Positions 45,889 through 54,502 of a DNA stretch of 64,000 nt are shown in pieces (within the stretch, counting starts at the first letter, position 1; every line of letters begins with the position of its first letter). The notes beneath the pieces are model-generated. The model had not been told where the DNA came from, searched no databases, and saw only the letters and a program-made list of their open reading frames with translations. Source of the DNA: an uncultured Acidimicrobiales bacterium (GTDB lineage Bacteria; Actinomycetota; Acidimicrobiia; Acidimicrobiales; SHLQ01); assembly GCA_938084885.1 (NCBI GenBank), contig CALKGG010000001.1, positions 679 to 64,678 of the forward strand. The letters are read 5' to 3'. A program made the translations under genes and the position numbers.

Positions 45889-46401
45889 TCAGTCAGTGTT
45901 GGTTTCGATGGTCGGTGTCGAGAACGATCGGTAGCTGGCAGCGACCCGTTGGAGGAACTCTGAGATCGTGCGTTGTTCGTTTGCGTCGAGCTCGGTGCCT
46001 ATCTGGGAGAGCTCGTCGAGCAACGGTTCGAGGGAGCGGAACATTGCGTGGGTCCCGGCTTCGGTGACTACCAACAGGCGACGTCTCCGGTCGGCGATGT
46101 CGGGGATTCGTTCAACGAAGCCAGCTTCGACGAGGCGGTCGACGAGCGCGGTGGCCGAGGGGGGAGAGATGTCGAGACGCTTGGCCAGATCGGTCGGGCT
46201 GAGGCCAGGGTCTTCGATGAGTAGCTCGACGGCTCGAACATCATTTCCGCCCACACCGAGTTCTGCGCACAGGCGTTTTGCGATGTCGCTATATGCCGAT
46301 TCGACCATGCGGAGCGCAGAGAGGACGCTGAGAAACTCTCCGTGCTCGGCCGAGCGGGAAGTCGACGCTGGGGTTGCAGCTCGCGGGTCGTCGGCGCTCA
46401 T
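45889..46401 (-). CDS. MarR-family transcriptional regulator
   Basis: LSPTDLAKRLDISPPSATALVDRLVEAGFVERIPDIADRRRRLLVVT. Confidence 0.85.
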   Translation of the reverse strand: MSADDPRAATPASTSRSAEHGEFLSVLSALRMVESAYSDIAKRLCAELGVGGNDVRAVELLIEDPGLSPTDLAKRLDISPPSATALVDRLVEAGFVERIPDIADRRRRLLVVTEAGTHAMFRSLEPLLDELSQIGTELDANEQRTISEFLQRVAASYRSFSTPTIETNTD

Positions 46402-46466
46402 CTTGGCAACCTACCGCGCGGTGTGCGCGTTTGGGTGCTTGTACCAGCTCTATAGTTTCAGATTGA

Positions 46467-46488
46467 ATAGTTAGTTAACGTGAACTAT
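46467..46488. promoter_or_regulatory. Inverted repeat ATAGTT-N10-AACTAT (with a third ATAGTT at 46452-46457) between the divergent MarR and LLM oxidoreductase genes
   Basis: Read directly. It overlaps the GTG at 46480, which argues for the ATG at 46498 as the true start of the oxidoreductase. Confidence 0.4.
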
Positions 46489-46497
46489 GTTGACGTC

Positions 46498-47388
46498 ATG
46501 GCAGAACATCAACAGCGATTTGCTGGTACTGGAGTGTGGGCGCACACCGATCTTCTCTCGGCGACTGCCGCGGCCGAAGTCGCCCAGCGAATCGAGGCAC
46601 TCGGATACTCGAGGCTCTGGATTTCCGACGGCATTGGTCGAGACCCTTTCGCACACCTGGCGTGGCTTGCGTCGCAAACCACCGACTTGCAGTTCGCCAC
46701 GGGCATCGCCAACATCTTCCACCGTCATCCCGGGCCCATGAAACAGGCTTCGAACACGTTGGGCGAGCAGTCGAACAACCGCTTCGCACTTGGGTTGGGT
46801 GTCAGCCACGGTCCGCTCGTCGAGGGCATTCGCGGCCTCGATTATTCAAAGCCGCTCACACAGATGCGCAACTACCTGGCTGCCATGAAGATGCAGATGT
46901 TCCTCGGCATCGAGCCGAGCGAGCCCGTGCCGCTACTGATTGCTGCGCTCGGCCCAAAGATGCTCGAGCTTGCAGGTGCAGAGGCAAACGGCGCCTTCCC
47001 GTACTGGACCACACCAACCCACACCGCCCAGGCCCGCGAAATCCTCGGACCCGACGCAGTGCTGTGCGTCGAGCAGAAAGTCATCCTCACGACGAACGCC
47101 GAGCTGGCACGTTCGACCGCCAACACCGCGCTCGATCTGTATGCCTCGTTCCCGAACTATCGCAACAACTGGCTCCGCCTCGGCTACACGAATGACGATA
47201 TCGATGGCCGGTCGGCGCGCTTCATCGACGACGTGGTTGTTTGGGGTAACGAAGACCAGCTGCACGCCGGAGTGCAAGCGCACTACGACGCCGGCGCCGA
47301 TCATGTCTGCGTGCAACCGCTCTCTGTCGAACGCGGCGACGAGGAACATGGCATCGATTGGCGGGCGCTCGAAGCGCTCGCTCCGTAG
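46498..47388 (+). CDS. Luciferase-like monooxygenase (LLM) class, probably F420-dependent oxidoreductase
   Basis: GVWAHTD...AQRIEALGYSRLWISD...FALGLGVSHGPLVE, typical of the LLM/F420 oxidoreductase subfamily. Confidence 0.8.
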   Translation: MAEHQQRFAGTGVWAHTDLLSATAAAEVAQRIEALGYSRLWISDGIGRDPFAHLAWLASQTTDLQFATGIANIFHRHPGPMKQASNTLGEQSNNRFALGLGVSHGPLVEGIRGLDYSKPLTQMRNYLAAMKMQMFLGIEPSEPVPLLIAALGPKMLELAGAEANGAFPYWTTPTHTAQAREILGPDAVLCVEQKVILTTNAELARSTANTALDLYASFPNYRNNWLRLGYTNDDIDGRSARFIDDVVVWGNEDQLHAGVQAHYDAGADHVCVQPLSVERGDEEHGIDWRALEALAP

Positions 47389-47435
47389 CGCAAACCAAAT
47401 CACACCGAATAGGGCATCAACACCGAGGAAGACCA

Positions 47436-48269
47436 ATGAAAACACTCAACGGAAAACGGGCAGTCATTACCGGAGGAGCCGTGGGCATCGGCGAGGGCAT
47501 CGCCCGATCGCTTGCCGAACGCGGCGCCGATGTCGCGATCTGCGATATCCAACATGAAAAGGCGACCAACGCGGCGAGCTCGATCGCCGAGGACACTGGT
47601 CAGGCCTGTCACTTCATTCCCGCAGATGTGCGTGACGCCGATCAGGTGAAGGCGTTCATCGATAGCGCGGCCGAATCGTTGGGCGGGATCGACATCCTCG
47701 TCGCAAACGCCGGGGTCTGGCGCAATACCGACGCCCGTGAAGACTCATATGACAAAGCCGTCGATGACTACTCCCACGTCGTCGACGTGAACCTCCGTGG
47801 CTTGTTCCTCACGGGGCGAGCAGCGATTCCCTATTTGATCGACGGGGGTGGCGACATCGTCCACATCGCGACCGACCACATCTGCCCGCCGCCTGGTTCG
47901 CCGACCGGCGGTGGCACAACAATGGATCTCTACGACGCATCGAAGTGGGCCATCAACGGTCTCACCCAAAACTGGGCTCGCCGCCTCGGCGAGGACGGCG
48001 TTCGTGTGAACGCAGTCTGTATGGATGCGGTTGACTCTGAGATGACCCGCGGTGCGCTGGCTGAGCTGTTCGATGAAGAGGCGTTCGAGCAGCTGGTGAG
48101 TTCCGAGCTCGTAAACATGTGGCTAAAGCCGCCAGACATCGGCGAGGTCGTCGCTGCGATCCTCGAAGAAGGCCCGGACGGGCGGACCGGCGAGAACGTC
48201 GGTGTGTGGATCGGGCATCCACGGACGCTTCCCGAAGCAACGCCGCTCGAAGAGTCCCGCTTTCCATAA
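47436..48269 (+). CDS. SDR-family oxidoreductase
   Basis: ITGGAVGIGEG, ANAGV and YDASKWA motifs. GAGGAAG RBS before the ATG at 47436. Confidence 0.85.
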   Translation: MKTLNGKRAVITGGAVGIGEGIARSLAERGADVAICDIQHEKATNAASSIAEDTGQACHFIPADVRDADQVKAFIDSAAESLGGIDILVANAGVWRNTDAREDSYDKAVDDYSHVVDVNLRGLFLTGRAAIPYLIDGGGDIVHIATDHICPPPGSPTGGGTTMDLYDASKWAINGLTQNWARRLGEDGVRVNAVCMDAVDSEMTRGALAELFDEEAFEQLVSSELVNMWLKPPDIGEVVAAILEEGPDGRTGENVGVWIGHPRTLPEATPLEESRFP

Positions 48270-48278
48270 GCCGCTCCT

Positions 48279-48310
48279 CACCGCATTACCAGTTGACACC
48301 GCATTACCAG
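48279..48310. repeat. Two exact 14-nt direct repeats CACCGCATTACCAG (period 18) with TTGACA between them, upstream of the 91-aa ORF
   Basis: Read directly: CACCGCATTACCAG-TTGA-CACCGCATTACCAG. Confidence 0.6.
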
Positions 48311-48344
48311 AACGCGCGCACCTCTACTTTGAAAGGAAAAATAT

Positions 48345-48620
48345 ATGAATGTCGTCGGCGATTGGACCGTGACTATCAAGACTCCCATGGGGCCCCAGGA
48401 GGGGACGCTCACTCTCGATGACGAGGGCACTGGATCGTTTACCAGCGTGATGGGGGAGGCCGTTGTCAAGGAGTACTCGGTCGACGGAGACACCCTGACC
48501 TACTCGGCTGCTATGGGTCCGATCGGCTTCGAATTCGAGGGTGTCGTGAACGGCGACACCTTCGAGGGGAAAGCCACGACACCAATGGGCAAGCTCGGGG
48601 TCACGGCGGTTCGCGCCTAG
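48345..48620 (+). CDS. Small hypothetical beta-rich protein (91 aa) with internal PMG-containing repeats
   Basis: GAAAGGAAAAATAT RBS region. Repeats TPMGPQEGTLTL / AAMGPIGFEFEG / TPMGKLGVTAV. High GC3 in frame. Confidence 0.6.
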   Translation: MNVVGDWTVTIKTPMGPQEGTLTLDDEGTGSFTSVMGEAVVKEYSVDGDTLTYSAAMGPIGFEFEGVVNGDTFEGKATTPMGKLGVTAVRA

Positions 48621-48627
48621 GCGTTGC

Positions 48628-50232
48628 CTATGGTGTTGCCGAGGGCAGGCCTTTTGCGAGGAGCTGACGGGCGATGAGTTTGAGGCTCAACGTCTCGTCG
48701 GCACCTTCGAATATCGATAGCACACGGGCGTCGACGAAGAGGCGGCTGATCGGGTATTCCTCGGCATACCCGTATCCGCCGTGGATTTGCAGTGCTTCAC
48801 GAGTGACCCACTCGGCAGCGAGGCAACTGTAGGCCTTCGCCATTGCGGCTTCCATCGACCCGCCCGATGGTCCGGCCATAAGGGCGGCCACTCGGAACGA
48901 GTACTGTCGACAGATCTGCACGATGCTCGCCATCCGGGCCAGCTTCACTTGGGTGAGTTGGAAGTCGCCGATTGGGCTACCGAACACGCGTCGTTCTGCG
49001 GCGTAGGTATGTGCCTCGTCATAGGCGGCTTGCATAACCCCAACAGCCCTTGCCGCGGTCTGGAGTCGACCGTTTTCGAATCCGGCCATTTGTAGGTAAA
49101 AGCCGCGTCCGAGGCCATCGTCTTCGCCGATCAAGTTCTCGGCGGGGACCAGCCAGTTGTCGAAAGAGACTTCGAAACTGTGCATGCCGCGGTAGCCAAG
49201 CGTTGGGATTGCCTTGCCCTCGATGCGCCCGCCGCCTGGTTGGGTGTGCGCGAACTCGTGGCCGGAGTCTGTGGGTTTCTCGGCGATAAGCAGGCTGAGG
49301 CCGCGGTGTCCTGCGGAGCGATCGGGGTTGGTCCGTGCGAGCACCATCAAGACGTTGGCGCGTCCAGCGAAGGTGCACCAGGTCTTTACGCCGTTGAGCA
49401 GATAGCCGTTGTCGGTCGCGACGGCGGTGACGCTCAGCTGGGCGACATCGGAACCCACATCGGGTTCGGTGACCGCAACGGCGCACACCGTCTCGCCAGT
49501 CGAGATGCTCGGAAGCCACTTCTGCTTCTGTGCTTCTGTTCCGCCAGCTTCGAGGGCCCGTGCAAGGATCTCGGGGCGGGTGATGAGCGAACCGCCTGCG
49601 CCGAGGCTCGAACGGGAGAGTCGTTCGGTGGCAACGACCATTGCGAGGTGGTCATCGGCAGTGCCTTCAGCAAAACCGCCGTAGTCGGCGCTGATCGACA
49701 GGCCAAAGGATCCAAGTGCGGCGACTCCGGCAATGATCTCCTCGGGGATATCGGCGTCGTGTCGGTGGATGTGCTCGGCGACCGGAGTGATCTTGTCGAC
49801 GGCGAATCGTTCGAAGGTGTCGGCTACGAGGGAAAGGTCATCTGCGAGCAGCTCTTGGCCAGTCAGTGAGGCAGCCTCGGCAACATAGGTTGGGTTGGTG
49901 GCTGCTTCGACGAACGGGCGCGCCGAGTCGAGTTCGGTGGGCGTTGTTCCCCACAGTGTGGGTTGGGTCCAGATCGTGGAGGCAAGATTCCCGACGGCAT
50001 GTCCAACGAAGATCATTGCGAGCCGCTCTTCATCGGCTCCGTTGTTGGCGTATGTGAGGGCGACTTCGCTCATTGAGACCGCAGCAGCAGCGTGGGCGAG
50101 ATCGTAGAGGAAGCTTTGCTGGTGTTCGATCTCGGGGTTGGTCTGCGCGTGGGCGAGGGCCGTTTCCACGACCTTCCTGGCAGCAGCGACAGCTGCTGTT
50201 GCTGCGTCGAGACTTGGTGCCATGTTGGTCAT
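48628..50232 (-). CDS. Acyl-CoA dehydrogenase with an N-terminal helical extension
   Basis: AVAVTEPDVGSDVAQL and YAEEYPISRLFVDARVLSIFEGADE. AGGAG lies 6 nt before the ATG at 50232. Confidence 0.9.
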   Translation of the reverse strand: MTNMAPSLDAATAAVAAARKVVETALAHAQTNPEIEHQQSFLYDLAHAAAAVSMSEVALTYANNGADEERLAMIFVGHAVGNLASTIWTQPTLWGTTPTELDSARPFVEAATNPTYVAEAASLTGQELLADDLSLVADTFERFAVDKITPVAEHIHRHDADIPEEIIAGVAALGSFGLSISADYGGFAEGTADDHLAMVVATERLSRSSLGAGGSLITRPEILARALEAGGTEAQKQKWLPSISTGETVCAVAVTEPDVGSDVAQLSVTAVATDNGYLLNGVKTWCTFAGRANVLMVLARTNPDRSAGHRGLSLLIAEKPTDSGHEFAHTQPGGGRIEGKAIPTLGYRGMHSFEVSFDNWLVPAENLIGEDDGLGRGFYLQMAGFENGRLQTAARAVGVMQAAYDEAHTYAAERRVFGSPIGDFQLTQVKLARMASIVQICRQYSFRVAALMAGPSGGSMEAAMAKAYSCLAAEWVTREALQIHGGYGYAEEYPISRLFVDARVLSIFEGADETLSLKLIARQLLAKGLPSATP

Positions 50233-50292
50233 GTGTGGCTCCTGGCGGTGTGCGATGGTTAATGATCCTAAACCACGAGCCGTGGGCAAGTG

Positions 50293-50307
50293 ATTCTAAA
50301 TTAGAAT
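50293..50307. promoter_or_regulatory. Perfect 15-nt palindrome ATTCTAAATTAGAAT in the divergent promoter region
   Basis: Read directly, between the acyl-CoA dehydrogenase (minus, start 50232) and the thioesterase-like gene (plus). GATTCGAAC follows at 50313-50321. Confidence 0.45.
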
Positions 50308-50362
50308 ATACTGATTCGAACTAATACGAGATGTCGTGTGGCATCTGTGTAAGAAAGTCTGG

Positions 50363-51202
50363 GTGCCCGTGGGTGCATTGTTCACAGTCGATGGCGACGG
50401 GTTTGTTCCGAGCGACTTCACCCGTGGGCCGTGGCGAGCAGATGCCCAACATGGGGGCCCGTCCGCAGCACTGCTGGTCCGTGCCATCGAGGAGCTTGTT
50501 GGTGACCGCGAGCTGGTATCGCAGTTCGAGATTGAGCTCACCAAGCCGGTGCCGTTGCAGCGGCTCACCGTCGAGGCCGAACGCGTCGATGTCAGTGCTC
50601 GAGTCTCGCGTGTTCGGGCGGGGTTGTATGCCGATGGCGAGGCGGTTGCATCGGCAACGGCGCTCGTCCTTGCAATGTCCGAGCTCGGTCCACCCGATTG
50701 GGTCCGTGAGGAGGTTGTGGCCGCGCTGGCACCAGCGGAGGTCATCGAATCTGGTGGGCCACGATATGCCAGCCGTGGGCTGACCACATTCCATCGCAAT
50801 GCTGTGCAGCATGAGTTGCGTCGGGGAAGCTTCAAGGACGCAGGTCCGGCCCTCGATTGGATTCGACTTCGGCTGCCGGTCGTCGATGGCGAACGAACCT
50901 CGCCGCTCCAGAGGCTCGCAGCGCTTGCCGACTTTGGTTCGGGCATCAGCTCGGTATACGCGGTCGGGTCGCCGTCGGGTTTGATCAACACGAACCTCGT
51001 TGTTGCAATCCACCGGGCACCGATCGGTGAGTGGATTTCGCTCGATGCAACCTCGTACTTGGGTGAGGGTGGCACTGGTCTTGCCGTCACTGCTATTGGC
51101 GACGTGCGAGGTGGCATTGGTGTCGCTACCCAATGCCTTCTCGGCCATCAAGGCCGATCCTCCGATGTTCCGGCCAAAACAGAAGGATCTCCGTCGGCAT
51201 AA
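50363..51202 (+). CDS. Thioesterase-like superfamily protein (TesB-like double hotdog)
   Basis: LFTVDGDGFVPSDFTRGPWRADAQHGGPSAALLVRA, a typical N-terminus of this family. Start uncertain (50336/50363/50369, all GTG). Confidence 0.6.
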   Translation: MPVGALFTVDGDGFVPSDFTRGPWRADAQHGGPSAALLVRAIEELVGDRELVSQFEIELTKPVPLQRLTVEAERVDVSARVSRVRAGLYADGEAVASATALVLAMSELGPPDWVREEVVAALAPAEVIESGGPRYASRGLTTFHRNAVQHELRRGSFKDAGPALDWIRLRLPVVDGERTSPLQRLAALADFGSGISSVYAVGSPSGLINTNLVVAIHRAPIGEWISLDATSYLGEGGTGLAVTAIGDVRGGIGVATQCLLGHQGRSSDVPAKTEGSPSA

Positions 51203-51252
51203 AGGCACAGCAATGCACCGGAGCCGCGACCCAACCACGGTAGGGTCGAACG

Positions 51253-51768
51253 ATGGAAAAACAGGGTATGGACGTGAACTCCATGGTCGAGGACGGGCCT
51301 GAGCGGCTGGCACACGTCGTATCGCACTTTAGAGACTCCGATGAGTTTCCGTGGGTTCTGGCAGCGGGCGCCATTGGGCATTTGTATAAGCACCTATCGG
51401 GTCACGCGAACAACGTGCTCGTGCAGTTCGACCTCACGATGCCGCGGTTCGAGGTGCTGGCGCTCCTTCACCACGAGCCGGGGTTCCGGTCGGTGGCCGA
51501 CCTCAAGCGGGCAACGCTGATCCACCCGCCGACGATGACATACACGCTCGATTGGCTCGAGGAGCGTGGGCTCGTTGAGCGCGAACATGACACGGTCGAT
51601 CGCCGGTCGATCATCGTGCATATCACCAAGAAGGGCAGTGAGTTGGCGGCAAAAACTCACGCGGCGCTACGGGACGTCAACTATGGGCTTCCACTGGCCG
51701 GCGGTGATGACGCAATGATGGCCGCTGAGGCCTTGATCAAGTTGCTTGGTCCATCTGAAGGCGACTGA
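51253..51768 (+). CDS. MarR-family transcriptional regulator
   Basis: FDLTMPRFEVLALL...VADLKRATLIHPPTMTYTLDWLEERGLVEREHDTVDRRSIIVHIT. Confidence 0.8.
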   Translation: MEKQGMDVNSMVEDGPERLAHVVSHFRDSDEFPWVLAAGAIGHLYKHLSGHANNVLVQFDLTMPRFEVLALLHHEPGFRSVADLKRATLIHPPTMTYTLDWLEERGLVEREHDTVDRRSIIVHITKKGSELAAKTHAALRDVNYGLPLAGGDDAMMAAEALIKLLGPSEGD

Positions 51769-51894
51769 CTGCGCACCGGTGACCGAGTGGGCTCTTAAAA
51801 CTGCGTGATTGTGCCGTTCGTGCCGGGCTGCATGAGATTGCATCATTGAACTATTCGATGTAGAACTAGTTGATGCCTGGTATGCATCAACGCT

Positions 51895-51911
51895 CTCCCG
51901 TTCAACGGGAG
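51895..51911 (+). promoter_or_regulatory. Hairpin CTCCCG-TTCAA-CGGGAG whose 3' arm is the Shine-Dalgarno of the NorD-like gene
   Basis: Perfect 6-bp stem. GGGAG lies 7 nt upstream of the TTG start at 51918. A second 8-bp inverted repeat, GTTGATGC-N7-GCATCAAC, lies at 51869-51891. Confidence 0.4.
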
Positions 51912-51917
51912 CGGTAA

Positions 51918-53648
51918 TTGTCCGATCGTGCAGTGACGCAGCTGGAGTCGTCGACGGGTGAGTACCAGCGGTTTGCGCTTTTGGCGAATGCGATTGCTGG
52001 ACGCAAGGTTGGCGTGTTGAGTACCGATGAGCAACTCGCGTATGCCGATGGTGACTCGATCTTTTTGCCCCGCGGCCTTGGTGATCGTGCGCTGGCGCCG
52101 TTGGTGGCCCAGGCCGCGCTGACCGGACTTGGGAGCCTCGACCCTTCACTTGCAATTCAGCTTGTTGGGGAAGCTTCGGCGTCGAGACGTTATGTGACGC
52201 TCGAGATTTTGCGGGCCATGCGTGAGAAGTCCGTGCCAATTCCGCGACGTGTGCTTGCCCATATGCCGGAGTGGTCTGGTGAGTCGACCGCGTCGGCGGC
52301 TCAATCACTCGAGGGTGCGTTTGCGTGGCGTGACGTTCCGTTGTGCCCGGAAGATGTGGGCACGGTACGGGGCCGAAGAGTGCTGGCGCGTGAGGGCGGC
52401 GTTGGGATGACTGCGCGGTTGACCAAGAAGCAACTGGATGCACCGCCGAGGCCCGATGATGCTGAAGATATTGATGACGACGAGGATTCGGCCGAGTCGA
52501 AGATCTTGAGCTTGTTTAGCTCGCCGAGCAAGAACGAGAACCCGTTGCTCAAGATGTTGCGCAAGCAGATGGGTACGGGAAAGCGGCCAAAGGATGCTAA
52601 CGATGGGACGGGTGCGCAGCTTCCGGTGAGCGGAGCAAAGGCTGTGGCGAAGGTGTCCGAAGACGCAATGCTGTTGGTTGCTCCTCCGGGGATGGACCTT
52701 GGTGTACCGGGTCATCAGATTGGCGACCGGTTGTATCCGGAGTGGGATGACCACAAGGGCATGTATCGACAGCAGCACTGTGCAGTGGGGGAGTTTCAAC
52801 CGGCCGAAAAGCACAGCGACGAACGCTTTACTGCAGCGTCGGATCCTCGCCTTGTTCGTGAGATTGCGTCGCTCGGGCTTGCGCTCGAGCGTCATCGTCG
52901 GTTGCGTGATGGCGATGGGCTCGACATTTCGGCGTTGGTCGACTTTGGCGTGTCGAAGGCAATGGGGTCGACCCCTGATGAGCATGTGTATCAGGCCCGC
53001 TTCAAGACGGATCGTGATCTCGGTGTCGTGGTGTTGGTGGATGCGTCTGGGTCGACCGCGCAGCGGTCTGAAGGCCGATCGGTGTGGGATCAGCACCGCC
53101 AGCTCGCGGCGAATCTGATTGGTTCGCTCGAACGGGCGGGTGATCGGGTGTCTGCCTACGGCTTCAACTCACAGGGTCGTAGCCACGTTCGCTTTCTGCA
53201 GATAAAAGAGTTTGATCATCGCTTTGATGCTTCGGCGCAGCGGCGGCTTGCATCGTTGCAGCCCGCGGGTTTTACTCGGCTTGGTGCGGCGATTCGTCAC
53301 TCGGTGCACGTGGTGCAGAACGCTGGCACGACGAACAAACTGATCATCGTCGTCTCCGACGGCTTTGCCTACGACGACGGCTACGAGGGGCAGTACGCGG
53401 AGAAGGATACGCGGCGGGCGTTGAGCGAAGCGTTGCGAAGCGGCGTTGCGTGTGTGTGCGTCAGCGTTGCGTCCGATACTCGCCAGCAGGTGCTCGACCG
53501 GTTGTGGGGGAACACGCCGCACGTGCAGTTAGCGGACCCGACCGGTTTGAGTGCTCATATCGTCCCGATGATTCGTACCGCGCTGAAGAGCGCAGAGAAC
53601 GCCGCCCAAGAACACCAGAACTCCGTCCGAAAGGTCCAGCCAGCATGA
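51918..53648 (+). CDS. NorD/CbbO-like von Willebrand factor A (VWA) domain protein
   Basis: YPEWDDHKGMYRQQHCAV (NorD-type motif) and a C-terminal VWA with MIDAS VVLVDASGST...IVVSDG. Confidence 0.8.
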   Translation: MSDRAVTQLESSTGEYQRFALLANAIAGRKVGVLSTDEQLAYADGDSIFLPRGLGDRALAPLVAQAALTGLGSLDPSLAIQLVGEASASRRYVTLEILRAMREKSVPIPRRVLAHMPEWSGESTASAAQSLEGAFAWRDVPLCPEDVGTVRGRRVLAREGGVGMTARLTKKQLDAPPRPDDAEDIDDDEDSAESKILSLFSSPSKNENPLLKMLRKQMGTGKRPKDANDGTGAQLPVSGAKAVAKVSEDAMLLVAPPGMDLGVPGHQIGDRLYPEWDDHKGMYRQQHCAVGEFQPAEKHSDERFTAASDPRLVREIASLGLALERHRRLRDGDGLDISALVDFGVSKAMGSTPDEHVYQARFKTDRDLGVVVLVDASGSTAQRSEGRSVWDQHRQLAANLIGSLERAGDRVSAYGFNSQGRSHVRFLQIKEFDHRFDASAQRRLASLQPAGFTRLGAAIRHSVHVVQNAGTTNKLIIVVSDGFAYDDGYEGQYAEKDTRRALSEALRSGVACVCVSVASDTRQQVLDRLWGNTPHVQLADPTGLSAHIVPMIRTALKSAENAAQEHQNSVRKVQPA

Positions 53649-54436
53649 CGTCTTCCGAAGCGCCCTTTTACCTGCCCGTGGGTAACGAGGTCGAGATATT
53701 TACCGCAGCATTTACGGGTGGTCTGGCCATCATGTTGAAGGGGCCGACGGGTACGGGCAAGACTCGTTTCGTCGAGCACATGGCGCACACGTTGGGTGTG
53801 GGGGTTAACACGGTGTCGTGTCATGAGGACATTACCTCGGGTGATCTTCTGGGCCGTTTTGTGCTGAAGGGCGGTGAGACGATCTGGACCGATGGACCCA
53901 TGACGCGATCGGCCCGTGAAGGCTCGATCTGTTATCTCGATGAAATCGTCGAAGCGCGGCAGGACTCGATCGTGGCGATTCATTCGTTGGCTGATCATCG
54001 CCGCGAACTGTCGCTCGAACGTTTAGGGGGCGAGCGTCTGGTGGCCGCTGATGGCTTTGGCTTGGTCGTGTCGTTTAACCCCGGATATCAGAGTGTGCTG
54101 AAGGATCTGAAGATGTCGACTCGGCAGCGTATGGTTGCCATTGACTTCTCGTTCCCCGAGGCCGATATCGAGATGCAGATCGTGAAGCACGAATCGGGAG
54201 CACCCGATGATGTCGTGTCGGACCTCGTCACGTTGGGTCAAGCAGTGCGGCGTTTGGACTCGAACCTGCGGGAGGTGTCGTCGACGCGAACATTGGTGGC
54301 TGCAGCGGTGCTCGTCGCCAACGGCCTCGACCCGCGAGAAGCTGCAATGGCTGCGATTGCGGGGCCACTGAGTGATGACCCGTCGCTGATCGATGGGCTT
54401 CGCAGCATGGTTGAGACCTATGTCAGCGCCGACTGA
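53645..54436 (+). CDS. CbbQ/NirQ/NorQ/GpvN-family AAA+ (MoxR-class) ATPase
   Basis: LKGPTGTGKT Walker A and ICYLDEIVEA Walker B. ATGA overlap with the NorD-like stop. About 263 aa. Confidence 0.9.
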   Translation: MTSSEAPFYLPVGNEVEIFTAAFTGGLAIMLKGPTGTGKTRFVEHMAHTLGVGVNTVSCHEDITSGDLLGRFVLKGGETIWTDGPMTRSAREGSICYLDEIVEARQDSIVAIHSLADHRRELSLERLGGERLVAADGFGLVVSFNPGYQSVLKDLKMSTRQRMVAIDFSFPEADIEMQIVKHESGAPDDVVSDLVTLGQAVRRLDSNLREVSSTRTLVAAAVLVANGLDPREAAMAAIAGPLSDDPSLIDGLRSMVETYVSAD

Positions 54437-54502
54437 TCGTCGCGTGTTCGAGGGCCTGTGTTGGTCGTGTTGTTGTAAATCACCGAGCGAAAGTGTGTGG
54501 CG

